From: Bacteroides sp.
GTDB lineage: Bacteria; Bacteroidota; Bacteroidia; Bacteroidales; Bacteroidaceae
DNA: 64,000 nt
NCBI GenBank assembly: GCA_017471925.1
Contig: JAFURM010000008.1
Span: 14,861-78,860, forward strand
Direction: 5' to 3'
In this document: piece by piece, positions 42,152-52,510 of the stretch
Layout of the letters: each line of letters starts with the position of its first letter
Numbering within the stretch: position 1 is the stretch's first letter
Position numbers and translations under genes: made by a program
Notes under the pieces: generated by a model
What the model was told of the DNA's origin: nothing
Database searches by the model: none
What the model saw: the letters and a program-made list of their open reading frames with translations, nothing else

Positions 42152-42697
42152 ATGGAAAAGAAATACTTTAGCAGAACAGAGATAAGCGAAGAGGTTTTGC
42201 TCTTAATGGCAAAAACCTCGATGCTGACCAAACAATTGAACAGCCTTACACTGGCTGAATTTGCAAAGAAGCAGGATATCATCTGGGAATTGTTGGGCAC
42301 AGTGGGAGAAAACCCATTCATTGGCGACAATTTCCATTGCGATTTCGGCAAGAACATCCATGTGGGTGAAAACTTTCATGCAGACTACAACTGCACTATG
42401 CTGGACGTAGCAGAAATCCGCATCGGTAAGAACTGCCTGATAGGGCCGGACGTAAGTATCTATACTGCCGGACACCGCATCCAACCGGAAGGTAGAACAT
42501 TGGATGGTTACGGCTCACCCATTCATATCGGTGACGATGTCTGGATAGGAGGGCACTCCACTATCCTACCTGGAATAACAATCGGCAACGGCTCGGTAAT
42601 AGGTGCAGGCAGTGTAGTAACCAAAGACATTCCGGCCAATGTGGTAGCTGTAGGCAACCCTTGCAAAGTAATAAAGATCATAAGTCCACAATCATAA
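42152..42697 (+). CDS. Sugar O-acetyltransferase (maltose/galactoside acetyltransferase family)
   Basis: FHCDFGKNI, hexapeptide repeats IGDDVWIGG, IGAGSVVTKDIP, VGNPCK. Confidence 0.9.
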   Translation: MEKKYFSRTEISEEVLLLMAKTSMLTKQLNSLTLAEFAKKQDIIWELLGTVGENPFIGDNFHCDFGKNIHVGENFHADYNCTMLDVAEIRIGKNCLIGPDVSIYTAGHRIQPEGRTLDGYGSPIHIGDDVWIGGHSTILPGITIGNGSVIGAGSVVTKDIPANVVAVGNPCKVIKIISPQS

Positions 42698-42718
42698 ATC
42701 GCCAGCCTTTTGTAAATC

Positions 42719-43279
42719 ATGAAGAAAGAGATTGAAAAGATGCGCAACGCAGAGCTGTACAGCTTTGCCGACCCGGAGGTAAACGCAAGCATTGCCCGCG
42801 CCCAGCAGCTTTGTGCCCGCCTGAGGACGATGAGCATCCACGACGACGGTTATCGGGCACTGATGGAAGAACTGATACCGGGCTTCCCGAAGACGGCATT
42901 GGTGTGCCCACCTTTCCACTGCGACCACGGTCATGGCATCGTGTTGGGCGAGGGAGTGTTCATCAACTACAACGTCACGATGCTCGACAGCGGCACTATC
43001 CGCATCGGACGAAACACCAAGGTGGGTCCCAACTGTCAGTTCTACACCCCCAACCACCCGACAAACTACCTGGAGCGCCGACTGCCTCAGGAGACCGCCC
43101 TCCCCATTACCGTAGGCGAAGACACCTGGATAGCCGGAGGAGTGGTGATTTGTCCCGGAGTGACCATCGGTAGCCGTTGCATCATTGCAGCAGGCAGCGT
43201 GGTGACAAGAGACATCCCCGACGACTCGCTGGCGGCAGGCTGTCCGGCCATAGTAAAGAAGAAACTAAATAACCCATAA
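42719..43279 (+). CDS. Second sugar O-acetyltransferase
   Basis: PPFHCDHG, YTPNHP, VGEDTWIAGG, IAAGSVVTRDIP. Confidence 0.9.
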   Translation: MKKEIEKMRNAELYSFADPEVNASIARAQQLCARLRTMSIHDDGYRALMEELIPGFPKTALVCPPFHCDHGHGIVLGEGVFINYNVTMLDSGTIRIGRNTKVGPNCQFYTPNHPTNYLERRLPQETALPITVGEDTWIAGGVVICPGVTIGSRCIIAAGSVVTRDIPDDSLAAGCPAIVKKKLNNP

Positions 43280-43282
43280 TAT

Positions 43283-44560
43283 ATGGAAATCATCATCATC
43301 CTTGCCCTGATTCTGCTGAACGGCATCTTCTCGATGTCGGAAATAGCACTTATCTCGGCTCGTAAAAGCAGTTTGAACAACGATGCCCGCAAAGGCAGCT
43401 CTTCGGCTCGCACAGCCTTGAAGCTCTCCAACGACCCCGACAAGTTCCTCTCTACCGTACAAATCGGCATCACGCTGATTGGTATCCTGACCGGTATTTA
43501 CTCGGGGGCTGCCCTGGCCGACGACCTGGGACACGTACTGGAGGCATGGGGATTCCCCTTGGCCTATGCCCGCGTCACGGCACAGTCGTTCATTGTCTTC
43601 TTAGTGACTTATCTCACCATCTTGTTTGGCGAACTGATACCCAAGCGTGTCGGCATGGCTGCCTCTACCCGCATCGCAAAGCTGCTGGCACGCCCCATGT
43701 ACTGGCTCTCGCTGGCAGCCTCGCCTTTCGTGTGGCTGCTCTCCAAGAGCACGGCGGTGATTTTCAAGCTGATGGACATCAATACCTCTTCAGAAAAGAT
43801 AACCGAGGAAGAGATTAAGTCGATGATAGACGAGGGTACCGAAAACGGCGAGGTGCAGGAGGTGGAACAGGAGATAGTGGACCGTGTTTTCTCCCTGGGC
43901 GACCGCAGCGTGAGTACCATCATGACCCATCGCAGCGACATCGTGGCCATCGACATAGATATGAACAATGCCGAGATATTCGAGACCGTCTACGAGAATC
44001 TCTATCAGGTTTACCCCATTACCCGCAACAACACACTGGACGATATCGTGGGAGTGGTCTACCTGAAAGACCTCTTCGGCAAGTTGCAAGACAAGCTGTT
44101 CAACCTGCGCGACGTCATTCGCCCGCCGCAGTACTTCCACGAGAGCATGGACGTGTACAAGTCGCTCGACCAGATACGGAAGAGCCACATCAAGTATGGA
44201 CTGGTGTGCGACGAGTTCGGCAGTCTGCAAGGCATAGTCACCATGAAAGACATTCTCGAAGCCTTGGTCGGCTCACTACCCGGCGAAGCAGAAGAAGCCG
44301 ACATCCTGCCGCGCACAGACGGCAGTTGGCTCATTGACGGCCAGTGCCCTTTCTACGACTTCCTGAAGCACTTCGACCGTGAAGACCTCTACACCGACAA
44401 CATCCACAACACGCTGAGCGGACTTATCCTCAGCCGGCTGGGCCACATTCCCCATACCGGCGAAACACTGCAGTGGGACAAGTTCAACATGGAGGTTGTA
44501 GATATGGACGGGGCAAGAATAGATAAAGTTTTGGTTTGCCTGAAAAGAGAAAAAGAATAG
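43283..44560 (+). CDS. Hemolysin-family / CNNM (DUF21-CBS-CorC) membrane protein
   Basis: NGIFSMSEIALIS, STVQIGIT, GELIPK, CBS pair, DEFGS, VVDMDGARIDKV. Confidence 0.92.
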   Translation: MEIIIILALILLNGIFSMSEIALISARKSSLNNDARKGSSSARTALKLSNDPDKFLSTVQIGITLIGILTGIYSGAALADDLGHVLEAWGFPLAYARVTAQSFIVFLVTYLTILFGELIPKRVGMAASTRIAKLLARPMYWLSLAASPFVWLLSKSTAVIFKLMDINTSSEKITEEEIKSMIDEGTENGEVQEVEQEIVDRVFSLGDRSVSTIMTHRSDIVAIDIDMNNAEIFETVYENLYQVYPITRNNTLDDIVGVVYLKDLFGKLQDKLFNLRDVIRPPQYFHESMDVYKSLDQIRKSHIKYGLVCDEFGSLQGIVTMKDILEALVGSLPGEAEEADILPRTDGSWLIDGQCPFYDFLKHFDREDLYTDNIHNTLSGLILSRLGHIPHTGETLQWDKFNMEVVDMDGARIDKVLVCLKREKE

Positions 44561-44565
44561 CAAGG

Positions 44566-44930
44566 TTATCCCAGCCTACCAAAATCGTTCCAATCACCGA
44601 ACTTTTTCCCTCATGCGTCTTCTCAAGGAAACGCCGAAGACGGCTGGCAAAAAGTTCGGGGTTACTTCGTTTCAACTGAATATTGTAGATGCGCACCCGC
44701 CGGTAGAGAGGAGGGAAAGACAGGAAGTTCTTCCACGTCACTTCATCGGCTTGTAAGGCAGCAAGGATGTCAGGGTCGATATGAAACTCCTCGTCGAGAT
44801 ACCACAACTCGCCTTCCGGCTCTTTCCGGGCACGACGACAAGTCACCCAGCACTCCTTGGCCGTAGCTGCATTCTCTGTCAGCCATTGGCGGAGCTGGCT
44901 TCGGTGTGCGAAGTGAAGTATCTGTTTCAT
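44566..44930 (-). pseudogene. YdeI/OmpD-associated family gene, apparently internally deleted and frameshifted
   Basis: LRQWL..ECWV..LWYLD joins directly to EEFHIDPDIL..FPPLYRRVRI; a shifted frame at the A-run near 44603-44607 gives the plausible terminus KFGDWNDFGRLG-stop (44566). Confidence 0.6.
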
Positions 44931-44949
44931 CCGATAGTCCCCTTTCATT

Positions 44950-45342
44950 TTATTCCGCCGACACCTCCACATAATTCCCTTCCGGGTCGAGCACAGCAAA
45001 TTCGTAATAGCCATCGCCCGTGTGGCGCAGGGGGCTGGCGATGGTGTAGCCATCGGCCAAGAGGCGGTGGTGCAGGGTGTTGACATCCTCCTCCGTGCCG
45101 ACAACAATGTCGAAGTGGGCAATGCCCTTCATGAAGCCGCGATGAAGAGGTTCTTCGGTGATGTCCGTACGCTTCATCAACTCGATACGTGCTCCTCCCT
45201 CACCGAAAGCGAGAAAGTAAGACTTGAATCCTTTCTTCGGATTGTGATACAAAGCATTGGCTGTGCATCCAAAGTATTGCATATAGAATGCCTTCATGCG
45301 TTCAAGGTCGTCGCACCAAAGGGCGAGGTGGTCTATCTTCAT
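44950..45342 (-). CDS. VOC/glyoxalase family protein
   Basis: MKIDHLALW..FY..RIELM..GIAHF..TGDGYYE..DPEGNYVE. Confidence 0.9.
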   Translation of the reverse strand: MKIDHLALWCDDLERMKAFYMQYFGCTANALYHNPKKGFKSYFLAFGEGGARIELMKRTDITEEPLHRGFMKGIAHFDIVVGTEEDVNTLHHRLLADGYTIASPLRHTGDGYYEFAVLDPEGNYVEVSAE

Positions 45343-45535
45343 AATTATAACGTTTAAAAACAATGATAAGAACTGTACTTGGCTAATCTCAAGACAAGCA
45401 CAAAAGTAACATCTTTCTTCAGAAATAGCAAAATATTCGTCCACACGACTTAAAATAGCAGAATGGCATAAGCAGATATTCGCACGGAATAGTTACTTTT
45501 GCCACAGATTATGAAACTCTGAACAAATTACGACC

Positions 45536-46444
45536 ATGAGATATGCCATTATTGGAACAGGTGCCGTAGGAGGATTCTATGGCGGAAAACTGGCCCATGC
45601 AGGATTGGATGTACACTTCTTGCTGCACAGCGATTATGAGTATGTGCGCCAACATGGGTTGCAGGTGGATTCATGCGACGGTTCGTTTCACATCGCCTCC
45701 CCCAACGTGTACAACAGCGTTTCGGACATGCCCAAGGCCGATGTAGTGATTGTGGCGCTGAAGACTACCCGCAACCATCTGCTCGCCCAATTGCTGCCTC
45801 CTCTGCTTCACAAGGAGACACTTGTACTGTTGATTCAAAACGGGATTGGTCCCGAACCGGAGCTGCAGAAACAGTTTCCCGACCTTTATCAGGCTGCCGG
45901 TCTGGCCTTCATCTGCTCGGCCAAGACAGAGCCGGGACGTGTCAACCACCAGTGCTACGGCAGCATAAACATCGGGAACTATTCGTGCAAAAGTGCCGAG
46001 GTTTTCAACCAAATGATGACTGATTTTATCGGAGCCGGCATCAAGACTGCAGAAGTGGAATATCATGAAGCCCGTTGGAAGAAGGCGGTATGGAACATGC
46101 CATTCAACGGCATGACGGTGGCTCTGAACACACAAACCGACCAGTTATTGGCCAATCCCCACACTCGGAAACTGATTCATCGTCAAATGCTTGAGGTGAT
46201 TGGCGCAGCGCAAGCCCTCGGGGTAAAGAACCTCGACTCCTCCTTTGCCGACCGCATGATAGAAAATACCCTGAAGATGACACCCTACTCCCCCTCCATG
46301 AAACTCGACTTCGACTTTCATCGTCCCATGGAGATAGACTACCTCTACACGCGTGCCATCGCCGAAGCACACTCAGTAGGCTACTCCATGCCTTGCCTGG
46401 AGATGCTGGAAGCACAGTTGAGATTTATAGAAGGAAAGTACTGA
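45536..46444 (+). CDS. Putative 2-dehydropantoate 2-reductase (PanE/ApbA family)
   Basis: IGTGAVGGFYG, IQNGIG, WKKAVWNMPFNG, SPSMKLD..PMEI. Confidence 0.85.
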   Translation: MRYAIIGTGAVGGFYGGKLAHAGLDVHFLLHSDYEYVRQHGLQVDSCDGSFHIASPNVYNSVSDMPKADVVIVALKTTRNHLLAQLLPPLLHKETLVLLIQNGIGPEPELQKQFPDLYQAAGLAFICSAKTEPGRVNHQCYGSINIGNYSCKSAEVFNQMMTDFIGAGIKTAEVEYHEARWKKAVWNMPFNGMTVALNTQTDQLLANPHTRKLIHRQMLEVIGAAQALGVKNLDSSFADRMIENTLKMTPYSPSMKLDFDFHRPMEIDYLYTRAIAEAHSVGYSMPCLEMLEAQLRFIEGKY

Positions 46445-46461
46445 AAACAAGAAAAAGCAGA

Positions 46462-47418
46462 ATGTCCCATCACATAAGAAAAAACCTCCTTTTATCCCTG
46501 TTCTGCTGCCTGATACTCCTTTTGCAGGCAGCAGAACCGGTGGACAGTCTGCAAACAACACACAAATCTGCCTCTACCCCAAGGCATCTCTCGCTAAGTG
46601 CCGAATTGGCCATGCGCCCCGGAGGAGACTATCGCGTGGAGCAAGAGGGTGAATCTGTGGAGTTGGGACGGAACGACCTTTATACCAAGGCAAGCGTGCG
46701 GGCATCCATGCCTATCTATCAAAATGGAAGTACCCTTATCTCTTCATCGCTCAGATACACGCATATTCATCAGCACTTCAACCCCGAGGTACAACTACTG
46801 GATTATGGATTTGGGGCAACCGCTCATCACATCTTTGCAGCCAACATCATGGGCATGGGCAAAGTGAAACTTGGACGTAAATCGTTGATGCTGATGGGAA
46901 TGGTCAGTGGCGAGTGTAGTCAGTATGGTCTTGAGCGATGGACAGCAATCGGCACGGCGGTTTTGATGCTCAAGGAGACCCGCCGCACGCAGTTCGGCAT
47001 CGGGGTGTTAGGAATGGTAAACACATTGTCCAAAATTCCCGTTTTCCCTTTCTTCACCTATCGACACACGTTCAATGAGCAGTGGATGGTGAACCTGGTA
47101 CTACCCAATCTGCAAGTGCGATACACCCTTTCTCCCTCTGATTTTATCAGCCTGGGCATGAGTATTGATGCCGACCACTATTTCATTCACCCCAATACCA
47201 AGGGCTTGCCCGACCGTGTGCGCTACAGTCGCTGTGTCCAGAACTTTGGTCCTATCTTCGAGCATCGCTTCGCTTCCGGACTGTCCCTGACTGTCGACAT
47301 GGGGCTCTCCATGCTTATGGCCGACCGAGTACACAAAAGCGGAGGTAGCACAAAGATTGCCGAGGTACACGAAAAAGCAGTACCGTATGGCAAAGTGACC
47401 ATACAGAAACGATTCTAA
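46462..47418 (+). CDS. Putative outer-membrane beta-barrel protein (DUF6268-like)
   Basis: Signal peptide, amphipathic beta-strands, IPVFPFFTY..W..LVLP, C-terminal KRF. Confidence 0.6.
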   Translation: MSHHIRKNLLLSLFCCLILLLQAAEPVDSLQTTHKSASTPRHLSLSAELAMRPGGDYRVEQEGESVELGRNDLYTKASVRASMPIYQNGSTLISSSLRYTHIHQHFNPEVQLLDYGFGATAHHIFAANIMGMGKVKLGRKSLMLMGMVSGECSQYGLERWTAIGTAVLMLKETRRTQFGIGVLGMVNTLSKIPVFPFFTYRHTFNEQWMVNLVLPNLQVRYTLSPSDFISLGMSIDADHYFIHPNTKGLPDRVRYSRCVQNFGPIFEHRFASGLSLTVDMGLSMLMADRVHKSGGSTKIAEVHEKAVPYGKVTIQKRF

Positions 47419-47434
47419 AAGTTAAAATAAAACT

Positions 47435-47920
47435 ATGGCTACAATCATCAAACAAAGCGAACGGGAGTTTCAAGAGAATCCCGACAAAATTGACAAATTC
47501 CGTATTCTGACGGACATTTCACGTTCCAGGAAGGGGGTAAATCCCGAATACCTGAACTTTGACGTACGTCTGCTGAATCCCGGACAATACTGTACTGCCT
47601 ACCATTTCCACCGCTATGCAGAGGAACTGTTCATGATTCTTTCGGGCAAAGCGACACTACGTACCCCTAAAGGATTTGAGGAAGTAGAAAGCGGTGATAT
47701 TATATTCTTCGAGAAAGGAGCAGAAGGAGCGCACCAACTCTATAACCACACCTCCGAGCCGTGTACCTACCTTGATATCCGCACCTACATTGGCTACGAT
47801 GTATGCGAATACCCCGACTCCGACAAAATATACATTGTGCCCGGTGGTGAAATTCTCCGCAAAAGTGCGACGTTGGAATACTTCGATGGAGAAAAGGATG
47901 TGGACGAGAAATGGAGATAA
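47435..47920 (+). CDS. Cupin domain protein
   Basis: YHFHRYAEELFMILSG..GDIIFF..GAHQLYN..YPDSDK. Confidence 0.88.
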   Translation: MATIIKQSEREFQENPDKIDKFRILTDISRSRKGVNPEYLNFDVRLLNPGQYCTAYHFHRYAEELFMILSGKATLRTPKGFEEVESGDIIFFEKGAEGAHQLYNHTSEPCTYLDIRTYIGYDVCEYPDSDKIYIVPGGEILRKSATLEYFDGEKDVDEKWR

Positions 47921-47934
47921 GATTGTCTCTTTCA

Positions 47935-48106
47935 GAGTCTGTTTTGAATTTATTCAGCCTTTTTATGAGGAGTCTTTTCGAGATATTTTGGTTGTTCTTT
48001 CAAGGAGCATAGCGGGCTATGTGACGAGAAAGAACGGGCAAAAGAGCCGAAAAGAAACTCATGGAAAGCGAATAATAAAAGAATGGAATAAATTCAAAAC
48101 AGACTC
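47935..48106. mobile_element. 172-bp MITE / internally deleted IS (IS5-family IS1031-like ends)
   Basis: Perfect 21-bp TIRs GAGTCTGTTTTGAATTTATTC / GAATAAATTCAAAACAGACTC with TCA on both flanks (47932-47934, 48107-48109); no transposase. Confidence 0.8.
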
Positions 48107-48124
48107 TCAGATTTATAAGAAACA

Positions 48125-48157
48125 ATTAAAGGCTACCCGATTGAGGTAGCCTTTAAT
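48125..48157. terminator. Bidirectional terminator hairpin
   Basis: Perfect 13-bp stem ATTAAAGGCTACC / GGTAGCCTTTAAT between convergent genes. Confidence 0.8.
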
Positions 48158-48179
48158 ATGATTGTTTTCCTTGAAAGGA

Positions 48180-50327
48180 TTATTCCTCGTCCAACAGAAT
48201 CTCCAGAATCTGGCAAGCGGACTTGGCGACGGGTGAACCGGGGCCGAAGATGGCAGCCACACCGGCCTGATACAGGAAGTCATAGTCCTGAGCGGGGATA
48301 ACACCACCGGCGATAACCACGATGTCTTCACGACCCAACTTCTTCAGCTCGTCGATGATTTGCGGAACCAAAGTCTTGTGACCGGCAGCCAATGAAGACA
48401 CGCCCACTACGTGAACGTCGTTTTCAACAGCTTCGCGGGCAGCCTCGGCAGGAGTCTGGAACAACGGTCCCATATCTACGTCGAAACCGCAGTCGGCATA
48501 GCCGGTTGCTACAACTTTTGCACCACGGTCGTGTCCGTCCTGACCCATCTTGGCAATCATGATACGGGGCTGACGACCCTCTTTCTTAGCGAACTTCTCA
48601 GCCAACTCACAAGCTTTCTGGAAGTAATTATCGTTCTTTGTCTCTGATGAATACACGCCTGATATAGTTCTGATTACTGCTTTATAACGTCCTACTACTT
48701 TCTCGCAAGCATAAGAAATTTCTCCCAGGGTAGCGCGAACGCGAGCTGCCTCTACGGCCAGCTCCAACAGGTTGCCTTCCTTGGTCTCCACACACTTGGT
48801 GATGGCTTCGAGTGCCTTCTGTACGGCAGCCTCGTCGCGACCTTCCTTCAGTACGCGCAGGTTCTCAATCTGTTCCTGACGAACAGCAGTGTTGTCGATT
48901 TCGAGGATATCGATAGGAGCTTCCTTCTCCAAGCGATACTTGTTTACGCCGACAATAGTCTGCGAACCGCTGTCGATGCGAGCCTGAGTACGGGCAGCAG
49001 CCTCTTCGATACGCATCTTGGGAATACCTGTCTCGATAGCCTTGGCCATACCGCCCAGCTTCTCGATTTCCTGAATGTGTTCCCAAGCCTTGTGAGCAAT
49101 CTCGTTGGTCAGCGACTCTACATAGTAAGAACCTCCCCATGGGTCAACGTTCTTGCAAACGTAGGTTTCTTCCTGGATATAAATCTGGGTGTTACGGGCG
49201 ATACGGGCTGAGAAGTCTGTCGGCAGAGCGATAGCTTCGTCCAGCGCGTTGGTGTGCAGAGACTGGGTGTGTCCCAAAGCTGCAGCCATAGCCTCGATAC
49301 ATGTACGACCTACGTTGTTGAAGGGGTCTTGTTCGGTGAGTGACCAACCGGAAGTCTGTGAGTGAGTACGCAGAGCGAGCGACTTCGGGTTCTTCGGGTT
49401 GAACTGCTTCACAATCTTAGCCCACAGCATACGGGCAGCACGCATCTTGGCAATTTCCATGAAGTGGTTGGTACCGATAGCCCAGAAGAAAGAGAGACGG
49501 GGAGCAAAGGCGTCGATGTCGATACCTGCTGCTACACCGGCACGGAGGTATTCCAAACCGTCGGCCAAGGTGTATGCTAACTCAATGTCGGCCGTAGCAC
49601 CGGCTTCCTGCATATGGTAACCGGAGATAGAGATACTGTTGAACTTCGGCATCTTCTGAGAAGTGTACTCAAAGATGTCGGAGATAATCTTCATGGAGAA
49701 TGCAGGCGGATAGATATAGGTGTTACGCACCATGAACTCTTTCAGGATATCGTTCTGAATAGTACCTGCCATTTCTTCCAATTTTGCACCTTGTTCCAGT
49801 CCGGCGTTGATGTAGAATGCCATAACGGGCAGCACGGCACCGTTCATAGTCATAGAAACAGACATCTTGTTCAAAGGAATACCGTCGAACAATACCTTCA
49901 TGTTCTCCAACGAACAGATAGACACACCGGCCTTACCTACGTCGCCCACTACACGTTCGTGGTCAGGGTCGTAGCCGCGGTGAGTAGCAAGGTCGAATGC
50001 TACTGACAAACCTTTCTGACCACTGGCCAGGTTGCGGCGATAGAATGCATTACTCTCCTCGGCAGTAGAGAAACCGGCATACTGACGGATGGTCCAAGGA
50101 CGCAGGGTGTACATCACTGAGTACGGGCCACGCAGATAGGGAGGAATACCGGCTGCATAATCCAGGTGTTCCATTCCTTCAAGGTCTTCTTTTGTATAAA
50201 CAGGCTTCACTTCGATGTGTTCCGGTGTCTTCCAGTTGGAAGCGATTCCGTTAGCCTTCTGCCACTCCATGCCATTCTGAGGCTGGAAACCGGCATAAAT
50301 ATCTATATTCTTAAAATCTTTTCTCAT
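48180..50327 (-). CDS. scpA: Methylmalonyl-CoA mutase, large (catalytic, B12-binding) subunit
   Basis: [38 protein letters not shown]. Confidence 0.96.
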   Translation of the reverse strand: MRKDFKNIDIYAGFQPQNGMEWQKANGIASNWKTPEHIEVKPVYTKEDLEGMEHLDYAAGIPPYLRGPYSVMYTLRPWTIRQYAGFSTAEESNAFYRRNLASGQKGLSVAFDLATHRGYDPDHERVVGDVGKAGVSICSLENMKVLFDGIPLNKMSVSMTMNGAVLPVMAFYINAGLEQGAKLEEMAGTIQNDILKEFMVRNTYIYPPAFSMKIISDIFEYTSQKMPKFNSISISGYHMQEAGATADIELAYTLADGLEYLRAGVAAGIDIDAFAPRLSFFWAIGTNHFMEIAKMRAARMLWAKIVKQFNPKNPKSLALRTHSQTSGWSLTEQDPFNNVGRTCIEAMAAALGHTQSLHTNALDEAIALPTDFSARIARNTQIYIQEETYVCKNVDPWGGSYYVESLTNEIAHKAWEHIQEIEKLGGMAKAIETGIPKMRIEEAAARTQARIDSGSQTIVGVNKYRLEKEAPIDILEIDNTAVRQEQIENLRVLKEGRDEAAVQKALEAITKCVETKEGNLLELAVEAARVRATLGEISYACEKVVGRYKAVIRTISGVYSSETKNDNYFQKACELAEKFAKKEGRQPRIMIAKMGQDGHDRGAKVVATGYADCGFDVDMGPLFQTPAEAAREAVENDVHVVGVSSLAAGHKTLVPQIIDELKKLGREDIVVIAGGVIPAQDYDFLYQAGVAAIFGPGSPVAKSACQILEILLDEE

Positions 50328-50407
50328 TACTCTTTAATTTATAAACACAGAGACAGAAAGACGCAGGGGGAATATTCGGCTCTGCCGTTCTGTGTTCGTT
50401 AATTCTA

Positions 50408-52270
50408 TTACTTCAACAGCTTCGCGTTATACTCCTTCAAGGTTTCCAATACGTTGACACGGACATGGATGAAGTTCTCAATGCCTGCGGCCTTCAGTTC
50501 GTCCATGCAGGCGGGAGCACCGGCTACGATGAACATGGCCTTATCGCCCACGGCCTTGAAAGCAGGAATGGCGTATTCAGCATATTCGTCATCGCTTGAG
50601 CAGAGCACCACGATATCGGCTCCGGCCTTCATTGCAGCCTCAACGCCCTCTTCCACAGTGGGGAAACCCAGGTTATCGATAACCTCGTATCCGGCACAAG
50701 CCAGGAAGTTGCAAGAGAACTGAGCACGAGCCTGACGCATGGCCAGATTACCGATGGTCAGCATAAATGCCTTGGGACGCTTGGTAGCGGCCTCTGTCTG
50801 CAGGCGCAATGCCTCAAACTCGCTGGCTGCACGGTCGAAGTTCAACGTAGCACAATCCTTCTCGCAAGAAGCCTCGGCACCGCCACAACAGCAGGTGCAT
50901 TCCAACGGTTTCTTGTCACCGGCCTTCTCCGTGAAGTTGGGGAACTGGTTGGTGCCAAGCAACACCTCTCTGCGCTTGGCTACGGCAGCATGACGGGCAG
51001 CGTTGCTTTCGTTCACGGCAGCCTGTACCTTACCGGCCTTCACGGCAACATGGAAGCCGCCCTCTTCCTCAACAGCGAGGAAAAGTTCCCAAGCCTGCTT
51101 GGCAATGGCTACAGTGAGGTTTTCTATATAGTAGGAACCGGCAGCAGGGTCTACTACCTTATCGAAATGAGATTCTTCCTTCAGCAGGAGTTGCTGGTTG
51201 CGAGCCATGCGCTCGGAGAATTCGTTGGGAGCCTCATAAGCCTTGTCGAAAGGAGTGACGGTCATGGAGTCCACACCGGCAAGGGCTGCACTCATCGCCT
51301 CTGTCTGCGTGCGCAACAGGTTCACGTGAGCATCAAACAGCGTCAGGTTAAAGGAGGATGTTTCAGCGTGAATCTTCATCTTGGCCGAGCAGTTGCACTG
51401 AGGTGCATACTGAGCCACGATGTTAGCCCACAGCATACGGGCGGCACGGAACTTGGCTATTTCCAGGAAGTAGTTGGAACTGATACCGAAATTGAATTTG
51501 ATGTTCTTGGCCACAGTGTCTACCGGAACACCGGCTTCTGTCAGCTGCGACAGGTACTCATTGCCCCAAGCCAAGGCATAACCCAATTCCTGATAGATAT
51601 AGGCACCGGCATTGTTCAGAGTCAGCGCCGTCACATTCAATACACGATATTGGGGCAGTGCTGCCGTAGCGGCAATCAGGGCTTTGACCGTTTCTGCCAT
51701 ATTGCCTTTCTCCTTGCCCTTGGCCAGCATCTTGTCAAAGTAATCATAGTTGATGGAACCTTGCAACTTGCTGAGATCATAGCCTTTCTTTTCAAAATAG
51801 GCAACGAGCAGGTTGGCCAACTCTACCACATGTCCCTGGCAAGTGGAGAAGTTCAGTTCCACACATTCGGCACAGATGTCCTTCAGCAGGGTTTCCAGAT
51901 AGTCCTCATTGAGGTCAGCGGCCTTTACGCGGAATGAAAGCGAATCTACGCCCTTGTTCAGGATGTCCAGTGCCTTTTCGTTGGCTTCCTTGGGAGATAC
52001 GACCTTGATTTCCTGACGCACGAGCCACTCGTTGTTGTCTTTCTTGGTACCTCTCAGATAGGGGAATTCACCGGGAAGAGCGTCGGTAGTCTTCAAGCCT
52101 TCGAGGTCTTCCAAGCGATAGAAAGGTTTCACTTTAAATCCTTCGTTTGTTTTCCAAACCAGTTTCTTCTCGAAATCAGCACCTTTCAGGTCGGCTGTCA
52201 CTTTCTCCATCCACTGTTCGGTTGTGGTGGGAGCAAAGTCCGAGAAGAGTCTTTCTTTACTGTCTGCCAT
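50408..52270 (-). CDS. mutA: Methylmalonyl-CoA mutase, small subunit
   Basis: DLKGADFEKKL, EIAKFRAAR.LW, NLLRTQTE, DPAAGSYYIE, VLCSSDDEY; lacks DxHxxG; TATATTTG promoter at 52328-52335. Confidence 0.93.
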   Translation of the reverse strand: MADSKERLFSDFAPTTTEQWMEKVTADLKGADFEKKLVWKTNEGFKVKPFYRLEDLEGLKTTDALPGEFPYLRGTKKDNNEWLVRQEIKVVSPKEANEKALDILNKGVDSLSFRVKAADLNEDYLETLLKDICAECVELNFSTCQGHVVELANLLVAYFEKKGYDLSKLQGSINYDYFDKMLAKGKEKGNMAETVKALIAATAALPQYRVLNVTALTLNNAGAYIYQELGYALAWGNEYLSQLTEAGVPVDTVAKNIKFNFGISSNYFLEIAKFRAARMLWANIVAQYAPQCNCSAKMKIHAETSSFNLTLFDAHVNLLRTQTEAMSAALAGVDSMTVTPFDKAYEAPNEFSERMARNQQLLLKEESHFDKVVDPAAGSYYIENLTVAIAKQAWELFLAVEEEGGFHVAVKAGKVQAAVNESNAARHAAVAKRREVLLGTNQFPNFTEKAGDKKPLECTCCCGGAEASCEKDCATLNFDRAASEFEALRLQTEAATKRPKAFMLTIGNLAMRQARAQFSCNFLACAGYEVIDNLGFPTVEEGVEAAMKAGADIVVLCSSDDEYAEYAIPAFKAVGDKAMFIVAGAPACMDELKAAGIENFIHVRVNVLETLKEYNAKLLK

Positions 52271-52510
52271 AAGTTTATTTTTAGTTAAAATAGATGATTA
52301 CTATTCATTTTGTCACGAAATGACCTGCAAATATACAGAATAACTTTAAACTAAAATACTTTTTTGCGTTTTTTCATCTTCCTCTGCCTGCAATGTGCAA
52401 GAAAAAAGAGAGGCATTCCTTTGTCACCTCCCGCCTATTGAGTAATTTTGCGGCGCAATTTAAACAAATACTCAATAAATACAAATCACTTAAGCGTCAA
52501 AAACAGTGTT

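Noticed and set aside
42152-43279. Recent tandem duplication of acetyltransferases
   Set aside because: The two proteins are divergent and differ in base composition, so independent origins are more likely
43283-44560. Hemolysin as a toxin
   Set aside because: DUF21-CBS-CorC architecture indicates a CNNM/CorB-type cation transporter, not a secreted toxin
39607-47920. Integron-like cassette array
   Set aside because: No integrase, no recurring attC-like site, mixed orientations, and several genes have their own promoters
47694-48149. 151-aa ORF across the MITE as a transposase fragment
   Set aside because: Overlaps the cupin gene in another frame and shows no DDE-like motif
48180-52270. Lower GC3 of the mutase genes as a sign of horizontal transfer
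   Set aside because: Core propionate-pathway genes; high-expression codon bias is the simpler explanation
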